Below, piece after piece: positions 25,343 through 40,495 of a DNA stretch of 64,000 nt. The notes under the pieces are model-generated. The model saw only the letters and a list, made by a program, of their open reading frames with translations, did not search any database and had not been told where the DNA came from. The DNA is from Ranitomeya imitator (Eukaryota): assembly GCF_032444005.1 (NCBI RefSeq), contig NC_091282.1, positions 303,180,001 to 303,244,000 on the forward strand. The letters are read 5' to 3'. The position numbers and the translations under genes are program-made. How positions within the stretch are numbered: the first letter of the stretch is position 1; each line of letters starts with the position of its first letter.

Positions 25343-26800
25343 TTAATGATCGGTTAATTACTGTGTGTGTATAAAAGAAACCCAGCACCCCAGACCTTCA
25401 CTTGAGCTGCAACTTGAGCTCCGACAATATGCCAAAAATCCACCCTGCGACCAAAGCCTGGATTATCAAAGGCTGAAGACCATATCCACTGCAGAGGTGG
25501 CTGGCACCTTTAATGTGTCTCCGCATCAAGAACAAAGAATTAAAAAAAAAGATTTGAAGAGACTGGAGATGTGTTTGACAAGCCCAGGTCTGGCAGACCC
25601 CGCAAGACAACTACTCAGGAGGAACGATTGTTGGTTAGAAAATCCAAAGCAAGCCCCTCTTCCACTGCAGCAGAGCTCCAACAGGCCTGGTCACCTCAAG
25701 TCCCTGTGTCAACTGGAACAGTTTGTAGGATTCTGTCTTGAAATGACCTCCATGGTTGAATCAGTGCCCAGAAGCCAGCACTAAACAAAAGGCAAATAAA
25801 AAACCGTGTGGCATTTGCAAAGTTCCACAGCCTGCTAAACAGGTGGATGCTGGATAAGTGGCAGAAGGTGGATTTCTCTGATGAATCTTCAGTAGAATTA
25901 CACCACAGCCGCCACAAATACTGCAGGAGACCTACTAGAGCCCGTATGGATCCAAAATACACTCAGAAAACAGTTAAATTTGGTGGTGGAAAGATCTTGG
26001 TCTGGGGTTACATTCAGTATGGGGGTGTGCAAAACATTTGCAAGGTGGAAGGCAATATCAATAGCCTAAAATATCAAGAACTATTAGCTACCTCTTATAT
26101 TCCAAATCATAAAAGGGTCAAATTCTGCAGCAGGATTGTGCTCCATCTCATACATCCATCTCTACAACAAAGTTCCTCCAGGCAAAAAAGATCAAGGTGC
26201 TCAAGGACTGGCCAGCCCAGTCACCAGATAGGCACATCATTGAGCATGTTTGTGGTAGGATGAAAGAGGAAGCTTGGAAGACAAAACCAAAGAATCTAGA
26301 TGAACTCTGGGAGGCATGTAAGACTGCATTATTTGCTATTTCTGATGACTTCATTAATAAATTGTATGAATCATTGTTGAATCGCATGGATGCAGTCCTT
26401 CAAGCTCATGGAACTCACACAAAATATTAAATATGACTCTAATAGCACCACAACTTCATTCTGTTGCAGAGTGCGTCTTCTTGCAGTCACCGCTGTACTC
26501 AGGAAAGCTTCAATCAGCAAGATATCTTGAGTAAACAGTATTTACTTCATACTGGATAAACATGAGATACAATTCAGTGTCACACAGTCCGTGCACTGAA
26601 GACAACACATTCATGAAGAAAAGCAAAACCGAAAGTAAGAAAACAACCAACCACTGAGAGCTTCCCTCCCCACATTACAGCAAGTATATGACTTTACACA
26701 CTATCGCCATCTGCTGTCTGGTTAGTATAAAGTCCTCCTTTCACTTATAATAAGTCCCAATCTGTTGCATATGCCAACACCCTTTCTCAACAGTAAGGAC

Positions 26801-29800
26801 TTATTCAATCAAACCCAACTTTTTTATTAGTCTCTGATGTTTATCAGCATTCAACGCCTTCGTGAAAATGTCTGCTGTCATTTCTTCAGTAGGACAGTAC
26901 TCTAACTTCAAGACTCCTTGTTCCTGATGATCTCTCAAGAAATGATATTTCACATCAATATGTTTGGTTCTTGGATTGACTCTTTCCATCTGAGCAAGAA
27001 CAAGACATCCTTGATTGTCCTCTTTTAGTTTTGTTGGTGCCAACTGTGGTTGTCCTAATTCTGTCAACAATTGTCTTAACCACAGTACTTCTTGACTCGC
27101 ATGTGCTGCGGCAACATATTCTGCTTCTGTTGAAGATAGTGTCACAATTGACTGTTTCTTACTTGTCCAACTTATTGGTCCACCTGAGAGGAAAAAAATA
27201 TGTCCACTGGTAGATCTTCTGTCAGTTGGATCTCCAGCCCAATCTGCATCAACATATCCTGTTAAAATGCAATCATCGCTTGTGGGTAATTTCAGCTTAA
27301 CATTGCTAGTTCCTTTCAAATAACGTATTACTCTCTTCACGGCATTCCAATCAGCTTTATTTGGTTTTGATACCTTTCTACTCAAGATTCCTACTGCTGC
27401 TGCGATGTCTGGTCTTGTAACGGTTGCTAGATACAGTAGTTTTCCTATTGCTGTTCTGTATTCTTCATTATTTGGTAGCATATTTTGTTCACTGTTCATC
27501 TCTTTGAGATACCGTATATACTCGAGTATAAGCCGAGATTTTCAGCCCATTTTTTTGGGCTGAAAGTCCCCCTCTCGGCTTATACTCGAGTCATATACCC
27601 GGGTGTCAGCAGGGGAGGGGGAGCGGGGGCTGTGTAGTCATACTTACCTGCTCCCAGCGCGGTCCCTGCAGTCCCTGGCTTCTCCGGCGCTGCAGATTCT
27701 TCCTGCACTGAGCGGTCACATGGCACCGCTCATTACAGAAATGAATAGGCAGCTCCACCCCCATAGGGGAGGAGCCGCATATTCATTGCTGTAAATGATT
27801 GGTGCCATGTGACCACTCAATTACAGGAAGAAGCTGCAGCGCCGGAGAAGCCAGGGACTGCAGGGACCGCGCCGCAGCAGGTAAGGGGAGCGCAGCGCTA
27901 TAATTACCTGCTCCTCGCTCCGGCTCCAGCGTCCTCTAGCAATGACGCTCAGGTTAGAGGGCGCTGTGACGTAGTCAGTGCGCGCCCTCTGCTGAGCGTC
28001 AGTGCTGGAGACGGAGCCGCAGAGGAGCAGGTAATTATTGAAAGCGCCGGCGTCCTGAGAAGAGAGGTGAGTATGTGATTTTTTTTTATGGCAGCACCAG
28101 CAGCATTCTAAGGAGCACCTATGGGGCCATAAAGGTGCAGAGCATATAAGGGGCACAGCATTATAAGGAGCACCTATGGGGCCATAAAGGTGCAGAGCAT
28201 ATATGGGGCACAGCATTATAAGGAGCACCTATGGGGCCATAAAGGTGCAGAGCATAAATGGGGCACAGCATTATAAGGAGCACCTATGGGGCCATAAAGG
28301 TGCAGAGCATATATGGGGCACAGCATTATAAGGAGCACCTATGGGGCCATAAAGGTGCAGAGCATATATGGGGCACAGCATTATAAGGAGCACCTATGGG
28401 GCCATAAAGGTGCAGAGCATATATGGGGCACAGCATTATAAGGAGCACCTATGGGGCCATAAAGGTGCAGAGCATATATGGGGCACAGCATTATAAGGAG
28501 CACCTATGGGGCCATAATCAAAGGTGCAGAGCATATATGGCACAGCATTATAAGGAGCATCTATGGGGCCATAATCAAAGGTGCAGAGCATATATGGCAC
28601 AGCATTATAAGGAGCATCTATGGGGCCATAATCAACGGTGCAGAGCATTCTATATAGCACAGTTGTATATGGAGCATCTATGGGGCAATAATGAACGGTA
28701 TGGAGCATCTATTTTTATTTTTGAAATTCACCGGTAAATGCTGCATTTTCTACCCTAGGCTTATACTCGAGTCAATAAGTTTTCCCAGTTCTTTGTGGCA
28801 AAATTAGGGGGGTCGGCTTATACTCGGGTCGGCTTATACTCGAGTATATACGGTAATTAGTTTCCATTGGAGACTTTACTGTTTTTGCATCTTTTAATCC
28901 AAATTTTTCTGTTATGTCTTGAATCATATGATTTTGATTCAGTAGGAAACTTCCATCTTCTCTTTCTACTTGTATTCCTAGATATTGTTTTACATTTCCC
29001 AAGTCTTTGATTTCGAAATGTCGCTTCAGGATTTTTAGAATGTTTTCGTTATCCCTTTCTTGTTCAAAATAAATCAAAATGTCGTCTACATATATGAGTA
29101 TGTAAATCCATCTATTAATCAGCCTTTTTGTGTATAAGCATGGATCAGCTTTGCTTCTTTGAAATTTTTCATTTGTAAGTACTTCCGTGATTTTGTCATT
29201 CCACGCTTTAGCTGCTTGCTTTAAACCATATATGCTTTTCTGTAGTTTACAAACTTTGGATTTCTTTCATCTTTCAATCCTGGAGATTGTTCCATATAAA
29301 TGTCTTCTGTTAAATCTCCATTCAGAAAAGCTGTCTTTACATCCAGATGTCTCAGTTGCATCTGTTTCATTGCTGCAACTGTAAGTAAAGTTCTTATTGT
29401 AGTGTGTTTGACAACTGGAGCAAATGTTTCATCATAGTCTTCTCCATATTTTTGAGAATACCCTTTAGCTACGAGTCTTGCTCGGTATCTTTCAGCTGTG
29501 CCATCTGTTTGGTATTTAACTTTAAAAATCCATTTACATCCTATGGTTTTTCTTCCTTCTGGTAAATCTGTCAGTGTCCATGTATTTGAATCTTGCATGG
29601 ATTTAATTTCTGTTTCTGTTGCTTCTATCCATTTATTAGCTTCTTCTACAGGCAGTTTAGATATTTCTTCCCAAGAAGTAGGCTCATAGATTTTTCTTGT
29701 GCTTGTATTGTATGAGAGACGTTTCGGTGGTTTTCCTTTGTTCTCTCTCATTGAACGTCTTGGTTCTGTGTCTGTTTGTAGTTGTGATTCTTCACTTTCA

Positions 29801-31998
29801 GTATTTTGTTCTTCATTAACTTCTACTTCTTTCTCATCAGATATTTCTTCAGTTGTGTCATTATTGGTTTTCTCATTTTTTGTTTCAACTGAAATCATAA
29901 TATCTTCATTCAAATCTTCAATGAATGTCACACTGTTACTCACCGTAACTCTGTCTGTTTTGGGATCTAGGATTCTGTATCCTTTGCAATTTTCACTATA
30001 TCCAACAAATATTCCTTCCATGGATCTGTTTTGAAGTTTGGAACGTTTTTCTGTTGGAATGAATATGAAAACTTTACATCCAAAAACTTTTAAATGATTG
30101 ACACTTGGTTTCATACCTTGCCACAGTTCATATGGAGTTTTCGTCAGTTTTCTGGAAAAAAGTCGGTTCTGTAGATAAGTAGCTATCATTGCTGCCTCAC
30201 CCCAATATTTCTCTGGTAGTTTGGAATCTGTCAGCATACATCTTATCATCTCTGTTAGAGTTCTGTTTTTCCTTTCTGCTACTCCATTTTATTCAGGTGT
30301 GTATGGAACCATTTTTTGGTGTTTTATCCCATTTTGTCTTAAGTAGTCTTCTATTCTGTGACCTGTAAATTCACCTCCATTATCACTTCTGATGACAATT
30401 GGCTTCCTTTGAAATTTGTTACTTGATCTTGTTACATAGTCTACAAGTTTATCAAAAACTTCACTTTTGTTCTTAATTAAGTATGTGACTGTGTATCTTG
30501 AGTAATCGTCTATAAAAGTCAACATGTATCTATTGCCTCCTGATGTAGTCACTTTCAAGGGTCCACATACGTCAGTATGCACCAAATCAAGTGGTCTTTC
30601 GCTTTTCATCTCACTTTCTTTTGGAATAGATATCCTTGTGGCTTTGGATTTTATACAACAATCACATCTTATGGTAATTGAGCAATCTGATATCTTTTGT
30701 CAATTCTTTTCTCTGTAGTTCCCTTATACTGTCAGGGTGTCTATGTCCTAGACGTCTATGCCACATGTGAATACAGTTTTTGTGATCATGTGTACATACC
30801 TTCATCTGTTCCTTTGGAGTGTCAAAATGATATAATTGTTCATCTGCCTTGACTTTGGTTATCACCTTGTTTCCTGCAATAATTGCACACTCATTGTCTT
30901 TGAATTTCACTGTAAGTCCTTTTGCTGTTAAACGTTTCACAGATAATAATCCGCCTTCCAATTTTGGAACATACAACACATCTTGTACAAGTATCTTTGA
31001 ATCTTGTCCGAACTTGTTTGAACAATTCAGCATACCTTGTCCGATACCTTCTGCGGTTATTTTGCTTCCATCTGCAAGATAAATGGCTTCTTTCTTATCT
31101 AAATCAAGATCAGTAAAGAAATTCTTGTCACTTGTCATATGACTCGTTGCTCCTGAATCAATAAACCAACCAAGTGATGATTTCTTGTCTGTTACTTTAA
31201 ATGTGCCATTCCAATTATTCTCACATGAATCGGAAATTGTGTTTTTTACTTTCTCTGTATGCTTTTTATGTTGTAATTTTTGTTGTTCTGCTTTCCATAT
31301 GGTACAGTCTTTCTTTAAATGACCTTTTTTCTTACATCTGTAGCATTCTCTTGTCTCTTTATTATAGGTTTTTTTTTTAATTCTGTAGCTTTAAGATCGT
31401 TTTCACTGTCCTTTTCAGTAGAATCATTTCTTTGTTCTTTTCTTCTCTGATATTCATCTATTAGTCTTGTTTTCACAAAATCTAATGTAATGTCAGTTTC
31501 TGGTCTTGTCTCAAGGGCATTTATCAAGGCTGTATACGAATCTGGTAAACTGCACAACAATATAGCTGCTACATGACTTTCTTTAATATCTTCACCAATA
31601 GATCTTAGCTGTGATATCACTTCCATCATTGAGAATATGTGCTTCTGCATATCGTCATTTGCACTCAATCTCATACTGTACAGCTTTCTTAATAAAAATA
31701 ACTTGTGATTCAAGCTAGGTCTTTCATACAGTTTTCTTAATGCTTCCCACATTCCCTTAGCTGTTTCTTCATTTCTTATATGTATTAATTGAGCATCATC
31801 CACTAATAAGCTAATGGTGGCTCTCGCTTGTATATCCTACTTATCCCATGTCTGATTATCTTGATCTGGTCTTGCTGTAACAATTACTTCCCATAGATCA
31901 TCCTTAGATAACAACATCTCTACTTTGAATTTCCATAACTGATAATTTTCACTATTCAGTTTAGCTACTGTAAATTTCAGTTCTGTGTTACTCATCAT
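26801..31998 (-). pseudogene. Copia gag-PR-IN-RT-RNaseH, disrupted
   Basis: Copia domain order (WFIDSGATSHM, LDLVHTDVCGP, IRSDNGGEF, RYRARLVAKGYSQ, LLIYVDD region, GYVDADWAG). In-frame TAG near 31838, several frame breaks, and a MITE at TNY^LKE. Confidence 0.9.
27512..28853 (+). mobile_element. Tc2-type non-autonomous element A with 55-bp minisatellite
   Basis: CCGTATATACTCGAGTATAAGCCGA terminal inverted repeats, TA target-site duplication; removal restores the Copia frame. Confidence 0.88.
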
Positions 31999-32955
31999 CT
32001 TTATATAGTCTTACTTGTTTAGAGAGTTGTACTGAAGATATTCTCCTGTATGTCCTGTGAATTCTCTGCAATTATTTCCAGCTCCTGGGATGGTAAATTC
32101 CTCTGTCACTCTGTATCTGGATTTAGTTCCTTCTGTTTACAGAGCTTATCTGTGTGCTCCGTTATCTGGGCTATAAACCAGGATCCTTCTGCCTGAGCTT
32201 GTAGTGCAGACCTGTAGTGTCTGGGGTGCCTGGGTTTATCTGGAGTTATCTGGGATGCCTGGGGTTATCTGGGGTGATCTGGGATGCCTGGGTTGATCTG
32301 GGGTTATCTGGGATGCCTGGGCCCATAACCTGTTGCAGAGTGCGTCTTCTTGCAGTCACCGCTGTACTTAGGAAAGCTTCAATCAGCAAGATATCTTGAG
32401 TAAACAGTATTTACTTCATACTGGATAAACATGAGATACAATTCAGTGTCACACAGTCCGTGCACTGAAGACAACACATTCATGAAGAAAAGCAAAACCG
32501 AAAGTAAGAAAACAACCAACCACTGAGAGCTTCCCTCCCCACATTACAGCAAGTATATGACTTTACACACTATCGCCATCTGCTGTCTGGTTAGTATAAA
32601 GTCCTCCTTTCACTTATAATAAGTCCCAATCTGTTGCATATGCCAACACATTCACCAATGTTATGCAACATATATTTGGATTTTAAGTTAATTTTTTGTT
32701 TGAATATCACATTACTTTCTGTGGGCGACACAACTTTTCTCTTGCCAAAATCTGACCATTCTGTGTCCATTAACTGATCAATATTTCTGCATTGATGTCA
32801 ATTTATTTTCTTAAAATAAACCACATTTCGGAGGGTTTCAGCTTTCAAAAGAATAATTTATACAACCAATGGATAAATTTAATGTCAGGTTATATACTTT
32901 TATTTACATAACATGGGTAAGCGACAAAACTTCTGTCAGGGAGTGTGTATATGTA

Positions 32956-34548
<1,593 letters not shown>

Positions 34549-34722
34549 TATATACTGTATATTGTACCTATAAATAAATATTTTTATGAAAATAAAAGAA
34601 AACAAAAAGAACCCCACATATTTGGTATCGCTGCATCTGGAACGACTCAACCTATAAAACTAGTTAACCCCTTTAATAAACACCATAGTAGGCAAAAAAC
34701 TACACTACAGCGTACTGGTCAC

Positions 34723-37102
34723 TAGTTTTGAGCCACCTCCCTAGTGTTCGGGTTTGGTTCGGTTCGTCGAACAGGGACGTGTTCGACGAACACCGTCAAA
34801 CCCCATTGAAACCAATGGCAGGCAAACACAAACACATACAAACACATAGAAAACACCTTAAAAGGTGTCCAAAAGCTGACAAACTGCTCAGAAGACACAA
34901 CAAACACATGGAAAAGTCACAACTACATATAGGAGTGAAAGGAGGAGGAGACACAGATATAGGCATGTTATGCCCTTCTAAAATCAAGAAAGGCTGGAGT
35001 AAAAATCTAAACACCCAGACGTCTTGACAAAAAAAAATAAAATAAATATCTTTAGGTAGAATGGCGGCGAGTCCATTCAGAACACTTTCCTTAGAAGACG
35101 TAATGGTACCCCCATTGGGAGTTGTGCCAAAAAACCCAATACATTCAGACTAATCCACCATTTGTCATATCCAAGGGGCAGGTCAGTAAACGACAACATC
35201 GACGTGGAACCAAGTACAGTACTATGTACTGTACCTCCTTTGACGAGGCAATCAGGCAGGTCAAGAAGTTGGTAAGGGGCACCCTAATGGCCAAAACAGA
35301 CATTGAGGGGGCGTTCCGGTTGCTACCTGTGCCTCCGAATAGTGTCCTCCCATTGGGCTGCTTCTGTGAAGGAGCATACTACATAGATAACTGTTTGCCC
35401 ATGGGGTGCTCCATATCCTGCTCACTATTTGAGGCATTTAGTTGCTTCCTCAAATGTGTTGTCATGGACGTTTGTAAGGCGGCACATATTATCCATTACC
35501 TCGACGACTTCTTATGCCTGGGCCCAAAAGATTCGCCACAGTGTGAAAACACGCGATAGTCCATCTGTGAGAAGGAGAGAACTGGAGGGAGAGTGGACAC
35601 CACAGAGCCGAGGGATTATATTGAGAAAGAAAGAATGCGGTGTAGCTTGCTTCATGGGTGGGGTTCTCTGCTGAGTAGCAGAAATTGCTACTAGGCCCAA
35701 AAGGATTTCCTGGGCCAGATGCCGTTAAAAAATAGTACTTAGGTAAACAGGCGGTATAGCTTGCATCATGGGTGGGGTACGCTGCTGAGTAGCACTAAAT
35801 TCTACTAGGCCCAAGAGGATTTCCTGGTCTAGATGCCGTTAAAAAATAGTACTTAGGTAAACAGGCGGTGTAGCTTGCTTCATGGGTGGGGTACGCTGCT
35901 GAGTAGCACTAAATTCTACTAGGCCCAAGAGGATTTCCTGGGCTACATGCCGTTAAAAATAGTACTTAGGTAAACAGGCGGTGGGTGGCTGGGCTACTCT
36001 GCTGACGTGCAGACACTGCTCCTAGGCCCTAAACTATCAACTGGATTAGATGCAGTGAAAATTGAGATACACAGGCGGTATAGTATTGCGCAAGTAGTGG
36101 AAGTATCATCAAGGCATCAGGAATTGTTTCACCTGTGCAACACTATGGAAATCATTAAAACCTGATCCATGGGGTCCGTGAGGACTGGAGTTTGGGAAAT
36201 ACTGATATAGTTGAACGTATCTTATACTGGTTTGCATCTTGCACAGCGATCATTAGATTTTACATTAATATCACATAAAAATGGGAGTGATTTGAACTTG
36301 TGTGGTTTGGGGTTTTCCTTTTCTTATTTTTAAAAACTTTTTTTAAAACCTTTTACTGTATTTAACTTGAAGCTGTGATCGTTTGACTATCAGACAATGC
36401 TACTAGCCCAAAAGGATTGGCTGAGCTAGATTACACCAAATGCTGTGACAAACTCTTGCACAGCACTGGCACAGACCTGCCTGGCAAACAGTGCTATGAA
36501 CTGCTGTAACATACACTGAAAAGGGCTGATATTATAACTAGTCCCGACTCCTCCCGACTCCCTAAACCTATCTCTCTGACAATTCCCTCCAAAAAAACGC
36601 TCTTAGTCTGTATAGTGCCCACAGCAGCAGCAGTGCCGTCTAACACTAAGCTGCAGCAGTGAGGAAATGGTGGCGACGGGGCAAATGGCTGGTTCTTATA
36701 GGGCAAGGACATGTGACATACACAGCCAATGACACATGCCCTTGCTTGTGTGCTTCACATGCACATTGCTTTGTGTGTGTGCACTGCCGATAGGCTGAGA
36801 GACTGCACCGCCCCACTGTAAATGCGGGAAAGAAAAAAAACATGGAGATCGGCGTTATTTCAGCAAAGATCTATCCCCCGCCCCCCCGCCAACTATACAC
36901 TGAAACAGTCTATTAACAATGATAAACAGTTTTAATGTGCAAATCAAGCTAGGCTTTTGGTGAACGAACAGTTATCGAACAGAAATTCGAACAGCCGAGT
37001 TTTAAGCAAATTGTTTGGGTTCGTCGAACGACTCGAACACCGCCCAAAACAGCTCGAATTTGAAATTGGTGAACAGTTCGACTCGAACACCGCTCATCTC
37101 TA
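34723..37102. mobile_element. Non-autonomous hAT element carrying a DIRS/Ngaro RT fragment and a 114-bp tandem repeat
   Basis: 8-bp target-site duplication CTGGTCAC (34715-34722, 37103-37110), TAGTTTTGAGC / GCTCATCTCTA termini, TTCG/CGAA subterminal repeats, about 3 x 114 bp at 35640-35985. Confidence 0.85.
35051..35559 (+). pseudogene. DIRS/Ngaro-type reverse transcriptase fragment
   Basis: GRMA..PF...PLGVVPKK/FRLIHHLSYP.G.SVND, then MAKTDIEGAFRLLP, LPMGCSISC and HYLDDFL. Confidence 0.8.
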
Positions 37103-37498
37103 CTGGTCACTTTAATGGCATTTTGCAATTTTCACTCAGCAACATCCAATGCTGCCTGTTTCTGGAAAACACCCATGGAGTCAATATCCTCAATACATCT
37201 GTAGATAAATTCCCAAAAGGGTATAATTTTAAGGGGGACTTTGCTCTTCTAGCACTTAGGGGCTCTGTATATGGAGTCCGCAAACTATTCTACTAAAATC
37301 TGCGCTCCAGAAAGCAAATAGCACTCCGTCCCTCCTGAGTCTCGCCATAAGTCTAAACAGTACTGTACAGCCACATAGTTCTACATAGCTACATTCAGCA
37401 GAAATTTTTGGGACAAGTTTATGTGCCATTGTTACTAATTTCTCAGTGTGAAAATGTAAAATCTGGGTCTAAAACAAAATTTTGGTGGTAAAAATGTA

Positions 37499-40495
37499 CC
37501 GTATAAACTCGAGTATAAGCCGAGATTTTCAGCCCATTTTTGGGGCTCAAAAGTGCCCCTCTCTGCTTATACTCGAGTCATTGTCCCAGGGGGTCGGTGG
37601 GGGAGGGGGAGTGGCAGCTGTCTAATCATACTTACTTGCTCCCGGTGTGTCTCTGCACGTTCCTGCTTCTCTGGTGCCCGCAGCTCTTCCTGTGTTCAGC
37701 AGTCACATGGTACCGCTCATTAAAGTAATGAATATGGACGCATATTCATCACTTTAATGAGCGGTACGATGTGACCGCTGAACACAGGAAGAGCTGTGGG
37801 TTCCGAAGATCACCTGTTAGTGAGAAGCTGCCAGGGACCGCGTCGGGAGCAGGTGAGTATAATGGGGACTGGAGGGTGAGTATTGCGCGATATTCACCTG
37901 TCCCACCGCTGGGTGTCGCTTTGTCTTCTGCGTCCTCTGCCTGTGATGTTCAGGTCAGATGACACGATTAGTGTGCGCGCCGCCCTCTGCCTGAACAGTG
38001 AGTGTGGAGGACGCGGAAGACACAGCGGCGCCCGGCGGTGGAACGTGGACAGGTGAATATCGCAAGTTCCGGGGCAAATTTTTTTATCTTAGCAGCCAAC
38101 TATGGGGCAAATATTTCTATGGAGCATCTTATGGGGCCATAATCAACATATGCAGCATTGTATGGGGCATATTATCTATGGAGCATTTTATGGGGCCATA
38201 TTCAACCTATGCAGCATTGTATGGGGCACATTATCTATGGAGCATCTTATGGGGCCATAATCAACCTATGCAGCATTGTATGGGGCACATTATCTGTGGA
38301 GCATCTTATGGGGCCATAATCAATCTATGCAGCATTGTATAGGGCACATTATTTATGGAGCATCTTATGGGGCCATAATCAACCTATGCAGCATTGTATG
38401 GGGCATATTTTCTATGAAGCATCTTATGGGGCCCATCATAAACTTTATGGATCATTTTATGGGGCATATTTTATTATGGAGCATCTTATGGGGCCATTGT
38501 GAACTGTATGGAGCATTATATGGGGCTCCTGATTCAATATGGTTATTCAAAAACACTTACCGTATATACTCGAGTATAAGCCGACCCGAGTATAAGCCGA
38601 CCCCCCTAATTTTGCCACAAAAAACTGGGAAAACTTATTGACTCGAGTATAAGCCTAGGGTGGAAATGCAGCAACTACCGGTGAATTTCAAAAATAAAAA
38701 TAGATCATTATTTCCCCATAGCTGTGCCATATAGTGCTCTACACCATTCATATTTCCCCATAGCTGTGCCCCATATAGTGCTCTGCACCGTTCACTGTGC
38801 CCCCTAGCTGTGCCATATACAGTGCTCTGCACCGTTCACTGTGCCCCATAGCTGTGCCATATACAGTGCTCTGCACCGTTCACTGTGCCCCATAGCTGTG
38901 CCATATACGGTGCTCTGCACCGTTCATTGTGCCCCCTAGCTGTGCCATATACGGTGCTCTGCACCGTTCACTGTGCCCCCTAGCTGTGCCTTATACGGTG
39001 CTCCGCACCGTTCACTGTGCCCCCTAGCTGTGCCTTATACGGTGCTCCGCACCGTTCACTGTGCCCCCTAGCTGTGCCATATAGTGCTCTGCACCGTTCA
39101 TTGTGCCCCCTAGCTGTGCCTTATACGGTGCTCTGCACCGTTCATTGTGCCCCCTAGCTGTGCCTTATACGGTGCTCTGCACCGTTCACTGTGCCCCCTA
39201 GCTGTGCCTTATACGGTGCTCTGCACCGTTCACTGTGCCCCCTAGCTGTGCCTTATACAGTGCTCTGCACCGTTCACTGTGCCCCCTAGCTGTGCCTTAT
39301 ACGGTGCTCTGCACCGTTCATTGTGCCCCCTAGCTGTGCCTTATACGGTGCTCTGCACCGTTCACTGTGCCCCCTAGCTGTGCCTTATACGGTGCTCTGC
39401 ACCGTTCACTGTGCCCCCTAGCTGTGCCTTATACGGTGCTCTGCACCGTTCACTGTGCCCCCTAGCTGTGCCATATACGGTGCTCTGCACCATTCATTGT
39501 GCCCCCTAGCTGTGCCTTATACGGTGCTCTGCACCGTTCATTGTGCCCCCTAGCTGTGCCTTATACGGTGCTCTGCACCGTTCATTGTGCCCCCTAGCTG
39601 TGCTTTATACGGTGCCCTGCACCGTTCACTGTGCCCCATAGATGCTCCACATTAATCTGTGCTGCCGCTGCTGCTGCTGCAATAAAAAAAAAAAACCACA
39701 TACTCACCTCCCTTGATTGCAGCTCCCGGCGTCTCGTTCCGGCGCCTCCATCTTCCCGGCGTCTCTGCTCTGACTGATCAGGCAGAGGGCGCCGCGCACA
39801 CTATATGCGTCATCGCGCCCTCTGCCCGATCAGTCAGAGAGCGCAGACGCCGGGAAGATGGAGGCGCCGGCCGGGAAGATGGATCGGCGCCCGGCGGCTG
39901 GAACGAGGACAGGTGAATATAACATACTCACCTAGTCCTGGCGATCCTCGCGCTGTCCCCTCCTGTCTTCGGCGCTGCAGCTTCTTTCTCTATCAGCGGT
40001 CACCGGCACCGCTGATTAGAGAAATGAATAAGCGGCTCCGCCCCTATGGGAGGTGGAGCCGCTTATTCATTTCTGTAATGAGCGGTCCCACGTGACCGCT
40101 GAAGAGAGGAAGAAGCTGCAGCGCCGAAGCCCGTGGGACGGCAGGGACAGCGCGAGGATCGCTGGGACTAGGTAAGTATACCTCAGCGCCCTCAGCCCCT
40201 CACCTGCCGACCCCACCGCTACCGTGACTCGAGTATAAGCCGAGGGGGGCACTTTCAGCCCTAAAATTTGGGCTGAAAATCTCGGCTTATACTCGAGTAT
40301 ATACGGTAACCTACTGATGTCTCAATTAATTTTAAATTTATTGGTATCTATTTTTATTCTTGAAATTTACCAGTAGCTGCTACATTTCCCACCCTAGGCT
40401 TATACTCGAGTCATTAAGTTTCCCGTTTTTTTTTTTGTGGCAAAATTAGGGTACTCGGCTTATACTCAGGTCGGCTTATACTCGAGTATATACGG
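37499..40495 (+). mobile_element. Tc2-type element B with 59-bp minisatellite, interrupted by element C
   Basis: CCGTATAAACTCGAG / CTCGAGTATATACGG termini with TA flanks. Confidence 0.85.
38560..40306 (-). mobile_element. Tc2-type element C (inverted, nested in B) with 44-bp minisatellite
   Basis: TA target-site duplication (38558-38559, 40307-40308), same terminal repeats, about 20 copies of CTAGCTGTGCCTTATACGGTGCTCTGCACCGTTCACTGTGCCCC. Confidence 0.88.

Larger units (their letters stand above)
26462..32648 (-). mobile_element. Full-length Copia LTR retrotransposon
   Basis: 318-bp LTRs (26462-26779, 32331-32648) with one visible mismatch, 5-bp target-site duplication CATTC, primer-binding site GGTTATGGGCCCAG, purine tract GAGAAAGGG. 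Confidence 0.95.
24740..32945 (+). mobile_element. Tc1 element (Tc1-B) containing a Harbinger MITE and the Copia
   Basis: Termini CACTCCCTGACAGAAG / CTTCTGTCAGGGAGTG. Frameshifted transposase at about 25430-26430 (FSDES, KFGGG, WPAQSPD..IIE). Confidence 0.88.
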
